64,000 bases of DNA from Balanoglossus misakiensis (lineage: Eukaryota > Animalia > Hemichordata): contig CM082588.2 of the NCBI GenBank assembly GCA_040954595.2, forward strand, positions 3,784,156-3,848,155. The letters run 5' to 3'. The first letter of the stretch is position 1. Each line of letters opens with the position of its first letter. Of this stretch, positions 44,976 to 55,142 are shown one piece after another. Both the position numbers and the translations under genes were made by a program. A model generated the notes under the pieces. It ran no database searches. It was not told the DNA's origin and saw nothing but the letters and a program-made list of their open reading frames with translations.

Positions 44976-47027
44976 ATGAGTTCGAAGTACTTACCGCGAT
45001 TGTGGACCAGATATCGCCCCAGTTTTTGCGGGCGTTTGTGTGGCTTCGATACAACACAATTGACCGCTGGTTCTGTGTCATACAGCGTTTGTGTACAGCA
45101 AAGGACTGATCGTGCAGCCTTGTTAGAAAGGTACGGTAAAAGCCGTTTGACGTGTCATTATCATTTTGCCAAAGAGGGACATGCTCTTCAAGGAGACACG
45201 GCACGGCCACTCCACCACCGGTACTCAACTCTGTGCGATGACCCCGTTGTATTCAAGGTCAAAGACCGACCGTCGATTTCTGCCACTCGCCGACGACCGA
45301 TCAGTTTCTTCGGCTTCGGATCGTCCGAGCAGAACGCCTGGCAGAAGGCGGTCTCGGAAGCCGAGAAGCTGGTCGGCTACCCGACGTCGTTCATGAGCCT
45401 TCGGTGTCTACTCAGCGACGAGCTGTCAAACGTGGCGATACAGGTCAGAAAGCTGGTCGGCACTAGGCATCCACTTCTGAAGACGGCAAGGTATGGTATG
45501 CCCATACACTCACGGTTGTCATTGGAGTACAGTTGCTTGTGATCTTGACTTGAGCTACTAGTACGCTACTCCAGCTAGTTACCATGGCACTATAATGCCA
45601 ATGTAATGGTGGCCACTTCTCTATTCACATGTTGAAAATTTCCAAGAGCATATACCAATAATAATATCATTATCTAATTTTGCAGGACATTTGTTTATGA
45701 TGGCAGAAACAATATGCAGACTCGTGGCCTGATTGTGCTGCTGATATCCAAAGCTGCAGGGCCAACCTCTGCAGCATCCACGTTAGGTGACGGTGTAGAA
45801 CCGAGCATCGTCAGTGGCATTTACGCCAGGTAAGCATTGAGAGTTACAAACAGTTTGTCTTAGAGTACCGGTGTCTCAGCCAGTATAACACTACCTTTTG
45901 TGTGTTTCCACGTCTCTGGCAGCCAAAGAGCTCTAGCGGAGATCACCGAAATGATCCACACGGCGTATTTAGTTCACAAGGGCGTGGTCAACCTGCGGGA
46001 CCTCACACCGGCAGACGGGCCGGAGAAAGACATGGAGTTTGGCAACAAGATGGCCGTGCTGAGTGGGGACTTCCTGCTGGCAAATGCTTCCACTGGACTC
46101 GCCGAGCTGCGTAATACTAAGGTAAGGGAATCTCATGGGAATTTTGAAAATCATAAATTCATGGGGAGAGGAACACATATTCTGTCATTTTCATTTTGTT
46201 TCATTTAGGTTGTTGAGATTGTTTCGAGCGCCATCAGAGACATGATGGAGGCAGAGTTCACTGGCTATTCCAACAGACAGACAGACTCCCCCGACAGGAA
46301 GATGGCTGTCTCTGATTGGTTGGAGTGGGCATTCCTGTCATCGGGCAGTCTAATTGCCAAGAGTTGTCAGGCGGCTCTCAGTCTGGCAAGTCACTCGGAC
46401 GAAATGCAGCAACATGCTTATGACTACGGCAAGAATATGTCCCTAGCACAGCAGGTGAGTTGTCATGTGCTCATATCAGTGTATTTGTGATAGACAGCCT
46501 CGTATTTAATACTCATCTTCAGCATCCACTATCAGAGATAGTTGTTCGCCATGACAGTCTTTTTGCTTTGTCTTGTTCAGTTATTCGCAGAATTATCCCA
46601 GTTTACCAATGGACCGTCGGCAGCACAGATAAATCTCAACTCTGTGCCAGTTTTGATGTTCCTTCAGTCCAAAGACGAGAATCACAATCTGGAGAGATAC
46701 AAGAAGAATGGTAAAATGGACTACAAAAGGGTATGCATGGTTATCATTATAAGTACAACTTTTCCCATCATTTCTAATGAAGGTAATTAAATAACCTAGC
46801 CGACTAGTCCAGCTGGCTCTCTACTTAATTGCTTTCATTTACTTTTAATTATCTTGCTTTTTTCTTTTCAGCTTCACACGGACATATCATCCAGCGATGC
46901 TATACACAGAGCCAGGTTGCTGTGTCACGAGTACGGACAGAAAGCATTGGAGGCCCTCAAGCCGTTCCCAGACAACGATGCCAGCAGAGCGCTTCAGAAT
47001 ATCATTCATGCGATCACTCGCAGATGA
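44976..47027 (+). CDS. PDSS2: All-trans-polyprenyl (decaprenyl) diphosphate synthase subunit 2; 6 coding exons, about 469 aa
   Basis: Exons 44976-45490, 45686-45829, 45923-46121, 46209-46454, 46581-46730 and 46872-47027, all GT-AG and phase-compatible, with TGA at 47025-47027. Motifs [90 protein letters not shown] and ASRALQNII. The first DDxxD motif is degenerate (LVHKGVVN), as in PDSS2 rather than PDSS1. Confidence 0.96.
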
Positions 47028-47241
47028 CCCCGTCATTCAGACTCTGTTGTTCATATTTTATAGACATTATTCTTAGTCCTGCTTTACAGAATCTGAAAAC
47101 AGGCTTCTAGGCTGCATGACATGATAAATTCCTTGGGGACTGATAGTGTGAATTAAAGTTTATTAGATTCGCATTCGATGCTTGTACAAATGTACTGGTG
47201 TAATTCCTACTATTTAATTTGCATGATGATCTAGCATATTT

Positions 47242-47247
47242 AATAAA
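47242..47247 (+). terminator. Candidate PDSS2 polyadenylation signal
   Basis: First canonical AATAAA after the stop codon; others at 47343 and 47753. Confidence 0.4.
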
Positions 47248-47837
47248 ATGACCAAATCTTTAACAAACAGTATGTCTGTTGTAATTTTAGTATGAAATAT
47301 GAATTTCATGTAATCCCGATAATGTAGTGTTAACGTCTTGCAAATAAAGAATTGCAGAATCATTTACAATTTGTAGCATGTGATATGCAGAATATTCCAG
47401 AGACCCTAGATATACTACTAATATGCATGGTACATATAGTTTACATAAGGCTAATACAGAAATCGAGGATATGTGTTGTAGCAACGATGTCTGATAATAT
47501 AATCACGATATGTGGAAACATTGCCAGGCTATGTAGACCGGAAAATAACGCCTATATAATGGGCATGGAAAGTCTGGCAACTCTGGATGATAAAGTCTGG
47601 ATATAAAGAAGCTATATGGAATAATAATACTGTGGCTGTTACACTTCAAATGCCTTCAGCGCACAAGTTCCCATACATTCAGGGAAACGTCTTTTCCCAG
47701 TAAACGTTTGCTGATGACAAGTTTAGTATTTCTAAAATTCCCAACATATCCGAATAAAAACTGAAACACTATGACCTTCCACTGGTTAAATGTTCCTATC
47801 AGGTTTACATGAATTTATACTTATTATTACAATTCGA

Positions 47838-49868
47838 TCACATTTGCAAGTCGGCATACACAACATCCGTATCTTCCGAAACAATTTTCGGTTTGCGAGG
47901 TGACGATGACGTCAGATCCAAGTCAGCATACAGAAGTCCCTCTACATTCTTTACTTCTTTGACGTCATCGTTTGGAGGAGCGGAATCATCAATGGCAGTT
48001 AAGGGCGCATCCAAAACTTTGTCGGGGTGGGTTTCTTCGGGCTCCCCTGGAGGGCTGTACAAATCTTCCTCGCGTTGTTCATCAACATCATTTTGGCGTC
48101 TGTTCACGTTGGTGGGTTTTGGAGGAGGGCGTGGTTTCTTTACTACTGTGTACTCAACACCGACCAGGTTCTCCCTTTCCACGTCATCGTGCTTGTTGTC
48201 GTTGTTTGGAGTGACAGGATTGTCCTTGCTAAGTTGGGAAGTGTCCGATGTTCCAACAGAACTGGTTACTTCCGTCTGCGGAGGACTGTGTGAGTCATCG
48301 GGACCCCTGTCACTTTTTGGCTTGGGGAAAGGACGTGGCTTCTTGATCTCTGCGTACCCGACATCGATCAATTTATCCTCACCTCCCTCATCCATGACTT
48401 CACCGTCGTATATATTGCCGCCGGCTTCAGTAGCTTTCATTCCATTGTCTACCACTCGCATGCCCTCGATGGTACCCTGAATTTGCTCGCTGACCGTGTC
48501 GTATTCAACGCGCGTCTCAGGAGAGCCACGTGCGCCGCTGTTACCGTCTTTTTCGTTGGGTGCATTTTCTTCGAGTTGCACCTGCGTTGATGTGAAGGCG
48601 TGGTCGGGATTTTCCGCCAGTTTGCTGTTGCTTCTTCTGTGTTTAATGATACACACAATCGCCAAGACTACGATTAAAACTAATAGAAGTCCACCTCCTG
48701 CACTCGCACCAACGATTATGACGTCTACCCCAACTTGTGTGTCCAGTTTTGGTTGTTTTGAAGTTGCCTGTGACTGAGGCTGTGTCGCTATGGACGACAC
48801 AGGCGACCTATTAGTATTACCTGTCGTCGTTGGGGGAGCTATACTAACTGCCAAAAGAGACGAGATCTTCGTTGCACCGACGTCATTGGTAGCTTCACAT
48901 TCCACCAATGCATTGCGATCTTCATATCTTATAGATAGTATTGTCAGTGTTGAAATATTATCTGAAGCTTCAATGCGAAACATTTCTTGAGTGTCGTCAA
49001 TCAAATTAGTTCCAAAGTACCACTGAACAGAAGTGATCTCTGGGTTTGCATTCCATTGACAAGTAAATGTCCTGACTTCGCTTTCACTTCCTGGTTCAGT
49101 TCCAACCTGTTGGAGTGTCAGCTTGGGTTTGTATTGAATGTCAAATGGACCAATTTCACAGGTTTTGTCCTGCAAGTGGAAGGGACCCAAACGTCGTGAT
49201 GTACATGTTAATTTGATTCCCTGTTCAGTGAAGGTCGGTGACCAGATATAAAATAAATTCAACATGGAAATACTTCGCGATAAAGTGGTGTTCAGTTCGC
49301 GACCTGTGTCATTTTGTACAGACCAACTCAAGGTGACTTCCGGGTTTCCTTTCTCACAAAGGCAGCCCAAACTAACATCCTCACCTTCACGCACAGTTGT
49401 ATCGATATACGTGCAAAATGGGTGTGTAGGAGGAGGGTCTTTACGGACAGTCAAATATGCGTCGTCGGATCGTAGTATTTCTGTTCCAGGTTCACCATTG
49501 GTTACATCGTTCACGTAGCATGCGTAAACGCCACTGTCTGGTCCAGCATAGTCGTGTTGTACGTTCAGTATACGCAAGTTTAGATCCAAGGAATTTTGAG
49601 CCGTCGGTATTAAGTGAACACTATAGTCTGAATCAACACCCAGGTGTGATGGCAAGTTCTGAATCATGCTTGACTGCGCTGATATTTCCACTCCATTTTT
49701 TCTCCAATGGTGTCGATAACTATGACTGTTGTTAGCGATGGCACAATACAGAGTAATAATCTCGTTTTCCTCCGCGGTGGTGTTCATTGGTGTTTCTGTG
49801 AACACGAGTTGACAACTCACAATCTGCCAGGAAAGTCCAATAACACAAACCAAGTAAAGCATATCCAT
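47838..49868 (-). CDS. IgR-A: type-I TM IgSF receptor with uninterrupted CDS (signal peptide, V + C2 + C2/I Ig domains, S/T stalk, TM) and a long ITIM-rich tail, about 676 aa
   Basis: ATG at 49868 gives signal peptide MDMLYLVCVIGLSWQIVSC. Ig hallmarks TLYC...W...DSGVYAC, SLGC...LSW...LTC and FTC...QWY...VEC. TM VIIVGASAGGGLLLVLIVVLAIVCII followed by KHRR. Tail motifs VEYDTV, VGYAEI, VEYTVV, LLYADL, VVYADL. Confidence 0.92.
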   Translation of the reverse strand: MDMLYLVCVIGLSWQIVSCQLVFTETPMNTTAEENEIITLYCAIANNSHSYRHHWRKNGVEISAQSSMIQNLPSHLGVDSDYSVHLIPTAQNSLDLNLRILNVQHDYAGPDSGVYACYVNDVTNGEPGTEILRSDDAYLTVRKDPPPTHPFCTYIDTTVREGEDVSLGCLCEKGNPEVTLSWSVQNDTGRELNTTLSRSISMLNLFYIWSPTFTEQGIKLTCTSRRLGPFHLQDKTCEIGPFDIQYKPKLTLQQVGTEPGSESEVRTFTCQWNANPEITSVQWYFGTNLIDDTQEMFRIEASDNISTLTILSIRYEDRNALVECEATNDVGATKISSLLAVSIAPPTTTGNTNRSPVSSIATQPQSQATSKQPKLDTQVGVDVIIVGASAGGGLLLVLIVVLAIVCIIKHRRSNSKLAENPDHAFTSTQVQLEENAPNEKDGNSGARGSPETRVEYDTVSEQIQGTIEGMRVVDNGMKATEAGGNIYDGEVMDEGGEDKLIDVGYAEIKKPRPFPKPKSDRGPDDSHSPPQTEVTSSVGTSDTSQLSKDNPVTPNNDNKHDDVERENLVGVEYTVVKKPRPPPKPTNVNRRQNDVDEQREEDLYSPPGEPEETHPDKVLDAPLTAIDDSAPPNDDVKEVKNVEGLLYADLDLTSSSPRKPKIVSEDTDVVYADLQM

Positions 49869-49965
49869 GACTCCAACTTGATCGACCAACGAAAAAGTAC
49901 CGTTCGTCCACTCTAAGTCTAGTCTCCAAAAGAGCAATGTTAACGCCTTCGCCTCGGTGCAAATC

Positions 49966-49984
49966 GTTTCCTCAATCCGGGTTA
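49966..49984 (-). promoter_or_regulatory. Conserved upstream element of IgR-A (two ETS-like cores)
   Basis: Plus-strand GTTTCCTCAATCCGGGTTA; near-identical copies upstream of IgR-B and IgR-E. Confidence 0.55.
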
Positions 49985-50132
49985 TGTTACACTTTTACTG
50001 TTAAACAGGTATGCTATCTCTTTGATATGCAAATTGATGTTTAAATGGTGGAGTTAGGTGCACCGGTGAACCGGGCTTCGTGCTGTAGAAATAAAAGCGG
50101 AAATACATAGTGTTTTACTCCTCAATAGATCT

Positions 50133-51686
50133 CTACTTTATTAGACTCTCATAGGTGGCCACATTTTCTCCATGGCAACTGTCTCCACGCACAAGCACAG
50201 CATACCCTTCCTCGTTAACGATATCCAATTCTCCATCCCCGCTGTTGCTAGCTTGCTTGACGGTTTCATATGTAGGGCTATTCTTTTCTGCCATCTCAAG
50301 GCTGGTTTTATTCTTTGACCCAGTGTTGGCGTGTATTTCTTTGACATTACTGACAACATAGTCCTTTGAACGAGGATCTTCGCTCTGGGTGTAGTTAGCT
50401 AGGTATCGGATACGACGACAAGCTTTGTAGAGGAAGAATGCAAGAATTACCGCGGTGGCAAATGTCAGAGCAAACAAACCACCCAAAACAGCCACGACTG
50501 AATTGTCACTGTCAGTCTTGTTGTACAGTTTGGCAGATGCTGTGTTAAGATACACTAAAGATGTTGTTTCCACTGTCACAATGCTTGTTTGCAACGATAA
50601 ACCGTTGCTTGTCTGCGTCACAGTCTCTCTCTTGGATGTTGGGAATGGAGTCAAAACACTCAACAAGGACGAGATCTTCGTTGTACCGACGTCATTGGTA
50701 GCTTCACATTCTACCACTGCATTGCGATCTTCATATCTTATAGATGTTATTGTCAGTGTTGAAATATTATCTGAAGCATCAATGCGAAACCTTTCTTGAG
50801 TGTCGTCAATCAAATTATTTCCAAAGTACCACTGAACAGAAGTGATCTCTGGGTTTGCATTCCATTGACAAGTAAATGTCCTGACTTCGCTGTCACTTCC
50901 TGGTTCATCCCCAACCTGTTGGAGTGTCAGCTTGGGTTTGTATTGAATATCAAACGGACCAATTTCACAGGTTTTGTCCTGCAAGTAGAAGGGACTTGAA
51001 CGTCGTGATGTACAGGTGAATTTGATTCCCTGTTCGGCAGTGTAGTTCGGTGACCACATATAAGACAAATTCAACATGGACGTACTTCGCGATAAAGTGG
51101 TGTTCAGTTCGCGGTCTGTGTCACTCTGTACAGACCAACTCAGGGTGACCTCGGGGTTTCCTTTCTCGCTGGTGCAACTCAAGCTAACTTCTTCGCCTTC
51201 ACTCACTGTTGAATCGATATAAGTGCAAAATGGGTGTGTAGGAGGAGGATCTTTACGAACAGTCAAATATGCGTCGTCGGATCGAAGTATCTCCGTACCA
51301 GGTTCACCATTGGTTACATCGTTCACGTAGCATGCATAAACGCCACTGTCTGGTCCAGCATAGTCGTGTTGTACATTCAGTATTCGTAGGTTTAGATCCA
51401 AACTAATTTGAGCCGTTGGTATAAGGTGAATACTGTAGTCAGAATCAACACCAAGATGTGCTGGCAAGTTCTGAATAATGCTTGACTGCGCTGATATTTC
51501 CACTCCATTTTTACTCCAGTGGTGTCGATAAGTATGACTGTTGTTAGCGATGGCACAATACAGAGTAACAATATCGTTTTCCTCAGCGGTGGTGTTCATT
51601 GGTGTTGTGGTGAACACAGGTTGACTACTTACAATCTGCAAAGACAGTTCCAGAATGCAACATGCAAGTAAGCCGAACGCTTCCAT
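50133..51686 (-). CDS. IgR-B: type-I TM IgSF receptor with uninterrupted CDS; ectodomain paralogous to IgR-A; short tail with hemITAM-like NEEGYAVL and terminal YESL; about 517 aa (alternative ATG at 51728)
   Basis: Signal peptide MEAFGLLACCILELSLQIVSS; three Ig domains about 89% identical to IgR-A by manual count; TM VVAVLGGLFALTFATAVILAFFLY; stop TAG at 50133-50135. Confidence 0.92.
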   Translation of the reverse strand: MEAFGLLACCILELSLQIVSSQPVFTTTPMNTTAEENDIVTLYCAIANNSHTYRHHWSKNGVEISAQSSIIQNLPAHLGVDSDYSIHLIPTAQISLDLNLRILNVQHDYAGPDSGVYACYVNDVTNGEPGTEILRSDDAYLTVRKDPPPTHPFCTYIDSTVSEGEEVSLSCTSEKGNPEVTLSWSVQSDTDRELNTTLSRSTSMLNLSYMWSPNYTAEQGIKFTCTSRRSSPFYLQDKTCEIGPFDIQYKPKLTLQQVGDEPGSDSEVRTFTCQWNANPEITSVQWYFGNNLIDDTQERFRIDASDNISTLTITSIRYEDRNAVVECEATNDVGTTKISSLLSVLTPFPTSKRETVTQTSNGLSLQTSIVTVETTSLVYLNTASAKLYNKTDSDNSVVAVLGGLFALTFATAVILAFFLYKACRRIRYLANYTQSEDPRSKDYVVSNVKEIHANTGSKNKTSLEMAEKNSPTYETVKQASNSGDGELDIVNEEGYAVLVRGDSCHGENVATYESLIK

Positions 51687-51776
51687 TATTGAACAGTTTC
51701 TCTTTGCTAAAGCGATAGGTATAATCATTCATAGACAGCAGAGTACTGTCTATATGGTGTAACTCAGTGTTGTGTT

Positions 51777-51794
51777 GTTTCCTTGATCCGGGTA
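51777..51794 (-). promoter_or_regulatory. Conserved upstream element of IgR-B
   Basis: Plus-strand GTTTCCTTGATCCGGGTA, 91 nt upstream of ATG 51686. Confidence 0.55.
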
Positions 51795-53108
51795 TGTTCA
51801 ACCATACTGTACTACATCAATATATAATTGATATGCTAATACACTGGTCCCATTAGAAAGAAACTGCTCTTCGCCAAAAAGCACCCAGAACAACACACAT
51901 GTACTTAGAATGGCATCATGAACGGGTTGTTGCCATACTTTTGAGGGTACAGCAGTCATCTTTCGTGACTTAATTTCACATCTTGGGGTCGATATATTCA
52001 GTTTGCAGAATGTGTATACATGTACCAGTTTTTGGTTTCAGATGTGGAGGTTGGTCAGTTTATGTCGCATTGGTCTACATGCAATAATGTGAAAGGGAGC
52101 GGTCATTGTGGCTTAAGTGGTCAAGTCATGATGAATCTATTGTAAACAAGTTAAGTATGTTTCTGAAAATAACTTTGTGGCCCATTGAAATTACTGTCTG
52201 TACAGCCGTATTCAAATAAAGACGAGGGTCAAATCAGGTCAACTTCTCTTTGTTGGCAGAATGCACTGAAACCTTTCAGTGTATGAGTTATTGTTCGGCG
52301 TTTTGTCTTAACAAAAAAGATAAATTTAAAAAATAACTTCGGATCATCAGAGAGTCCAATTAACAGGTTAAATTGTGTGAGTCTTAAAGTTTAAATAGGA
52401 GAATCTCGTCCTGAGATTTAACTTCTCTGTCGCTGCTACTTATAAATGCATTTCGTATTCAGTACACAGATCACGTATGGAAAAGTTGATGTAAAGAGGA
52501 CTTACCCTCGTGGCCGCCTATTTTTCATTGTAACACAACGACCTCTCGAACACACATACACACAAGGCCTTAAGAAACCACTTAAGTCGAAATGGGGGGT
52601 TTGAATCAAAAGTCAGTTGCTCACGGAAGAAAAAAAACGCCAGGGGTGTTTTTTAAATGTTTACAGCGTGACTCAAGCTTCTAAGTGAGTTTCTCTTCTA
52701 TATCACCCGTGGATTGTTCAACACACGCAGTCGTGTGTATCGATGAATAAACTTTATTGACATCTCCAGATATAGTTATAAATGCAAAAAATATTCAACA
52801 CAAAAATATTACATACAAATACCTAAAATTCATTGATATACACTTAACAACGATGCATTTTTCTAAGATGCACTATTCTAAGTACGTATGCTGTGACATC
52901 ACAAAACTTACTGAATTTGTAAAGTTCCAAATAAATACTGGTATGCAATTTTGTACTTATCGCTTTGCTGTTTGAAGTTCTGAATAAATATGCAATTTCG
53001 CAGTTTCCTTTTTGCTGTAAGAGAATTCTCTTCCCCTCTCTCTGCCCCTTTCCCTCCCCTATCTGTCTGTCTGTCACTTAAATGTGGTGAGCTCTGCATT
53101 TTCGTTCA

Positions 53109-55142
53109 CTAAAAAGAGTTTTCATCTTCCAGTGTTATTATCGTGTTGTCCTCGCAAGACTGCGCGTCTTCCTGCGCGGTGACTTGGTCCGTTTCCATGA
53201 CATCCATGAGAATATCATCACACTTGGAAGGCAGTGGGGGTGGCGGCGCATCTGCGCTCTCTTCCTCCCCTCCGACGTTATCATTGACTGTCCCGGTCTG
53301 GCTGTGATCTGTGTCGCCTGCAGGTTTTGGTTTCTCCCGTTTCAGGGATCTGTCTGGCTGGGCATACAGATCGGCAGTTTCCGTGTCGGTGTTTGTCGTG
53401 TTTTCTGCGCTTTCCTCGATTTGCGAAATTGATGGATCGACGCCATCTTGTGCCGACATTTCCGTCATCTCTTCGCCGTCGACGGCGAAGTACGGGTTCT
53501 CGTATCCCGCTTCCTTCAGTCGCAATCGGAGATTCTCAAGAGACTCCTCCTGCGGGGAATACTCGTCTGCGTTTTTCTGTCGCCGTTTGCGATTGTTTGC
53601 CATCAGGAGGATGGCGAAGATAATCGTGAAGGCGATCAAGGCCAACAGACCGATCACTACGGCGACTATGATCACCCACAATTCAGTCCCCGTCGAGGTT
53701 GGTTGTCTGTCAAAGCCCCGGCCGACAGTCGGCGATTCTTTTCTGGTTGTGGCCGTTCGGGTGGTTGGCACCTCTGGTTGTGGTGATGATCTGAGATTAC
53801 TGCGAGAAGTTGCTGTGTCTGATACCATCACAGTGCTCAGTTGCTGGGTCTGTGTGCTTGGTTTGATTGGCGACTTTGTAGTTCGATGACTAGTAGTAAT
53901 AGTGTCCCGTGTTGTACGGCCACTTGTTGGAGTGCTCCTGTGCGTTGTAAAGGCAGCTGCGGTGGTACTTATTCGATTATCCCCGGTCGTTTGTTGCGAT
54001 GTGCGTTCTGATGTCTCTTCGGGTGGGCTTGTGGATGTCACTGCTCCGGTACTACTTTCATGTGTCGGCGCGATGGTTGACGAACTGGAATCCGTCACGT
54101 ATCTCCCAACTGTCAACTGTATCGCTTTGAACCAATAGTAAACACTGTTGGGAAATTCTACACCACATTTGTACAGTCCACTATCATCAGGTTTAACGTA
54201 ATCGAATATAATGTTATAATCGTTGGGAAAATTACTTAACTCGACGGCAATAGGCAATTCATCACCATGTGCATCATGGTATTTCACAAATTCATTCCAT
54301 GCGAAGCTTTGAGTGTCTTTATGCCATACCAGGTTCTGACCAGGTTGTAGCTCTGTCACCTCACACCGTAATTCGTAGGTCTCATTTTCAACAGCATATT
54401 CATGAATCGTTTCGATATCGGCACTTTCTACGACTGTCAGCCATGCAGGCCGCGACCACTCGATGTCACCAAACTCGGAGTCTACCCCACACCTGTATAT
54501 ACCTGTGTCTTGGACTGTGACGTTCGAGATACTAATGTTGTATTCGCCTTGCGTGTAGTCACCCATAAAACTAACACGACCAGGAAAGTTGTTCATGTCC
54601 TCGACAGTGTCGTTGAAAGTAAATATCTCCGAGTCCTTACTCCAGCGGAGATTTGGGTTGGAACCTATGATATTGATGCCACATGACAGTAACGCCGTTC
54701 CCCCTTCATACATTCCTGAACTACTTGGATGAAGGATAATATGTTCCGATACAGTGAGTGTGGCTCCACCAGACCAGACGAGCTCACCGGTGTCGTATCG
54801 AACACCACACCTATAAACACCACTGTCTTGAACTTGAACGTTGGGGAACTGAATACTAGTATTGTACCGCCCTCGTTGGCGGTTCATGTCGACAGTAAAC
54901 GGGGAAACACTCGGGTTATGAACACGGAGCTCATCGATTGAAATGATCAGGTCGTCTTTCTTCCACAGCAAGGATTGGTCAGCCATGAGTCCATCTACAC
55001 TACAAACAAGTGTCACAATTTCGTTCACAGATACATGGATATTGCTGGGTTCCTCGATAAAAGTCACTGACTGTACATAGGAGAGGCAAACCACCACCAA
55101 CAGAATAAGCAGACAGCGTTTATTTCCACCTTGGGAAAGCAT
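53109..55142 (-). CDS. IgR-C: type-I TM IgSF protein with uninterrupted CDS; three V/I-set Ig domains, long mucin-like S/T stalk, acidic tail; 677 aa
   Basis: Signal peptide; three repeats of C...W.KD...D(S/T)G.Y.CGV (DSGVYRC, DTGIYRC, DSGLYKC); TM LWVIIVAVVIGLLALIAFTIIFAILLMA then NNRKRR; tail GYENPYF, DLYAQP, PPPPLP. Confidence 0.92.
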   Translation of the reverse strand: MLSQGGNKRCLLILLVVVCLSYVQSVTFIEEPSNIHVSVNEIVTLVCSVDGLMADQSLLWKKDDLIISIDELRVHNPSVSPFTVDMNRQRGRYNTSIQFPNVQVQDSGVYRCGVRYDTGELVWSGGATLTVSEHIILHPSSSGMYEGGTALLSCGINIIGSNPNLRWSKDSEIFTFNDTVEDMNNFPGRVSFMGDYTQGEYNISISNVTVQDTGIYRCGVDSEFGDIEWSRPAWLTVVESADIETIHEYAVENETYELRCEVTELQPGQNLVWHKDTQSFAWNEFVKYHDAHGDELPIAVELSNFPNDYNIIFDYVKPDDSGLYKCGVEFPNSVYYWFKAIQLTVGRYVTDSSSSTIAPTHESSTGAVTSTSPPEETSERTSQQTTGDNRISTTAAAFTTHRSTPTSGRTTRDTITTSHRTTKSPIKPSTQTQQLSTVMVSDTATSRSNLRSSPQPEVPTTRTATTRKESPTVGRGFDRQPTSTGTELWVIIVAVVIGLLALIAFTIIFAILLMANNRKRRQKNADEYSPQEESLENLRLRLKEAGYENPYFAVDGEEMTEMSAQDGVDPSISQIEESAENTTNTDTETADLYAQPDRSLKREKPKPAGDTDHSQTGTVNDNVGGEEESADAPPPPLPSKCDDILMDVMETDQVTAQEDAQSCEDNTIITLEDENSF

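Noticed and set aside
47809-48480. 223-aa plus-strand ORF and other antisense ORFs across the Ig genes
   Set aside because: Antisense shadows of the receptor CDSs.
49869-49937. TTG-initiated N-terminal extension of IgR-A (likewise the GTG start at 58108 for IgR-D and the TTG start at 44961 for PDSS2)
   Set aside because: Non-ATG starts from a prokaryote-style ORF caller; downstream ATGs give proper signal or targeting peptides.
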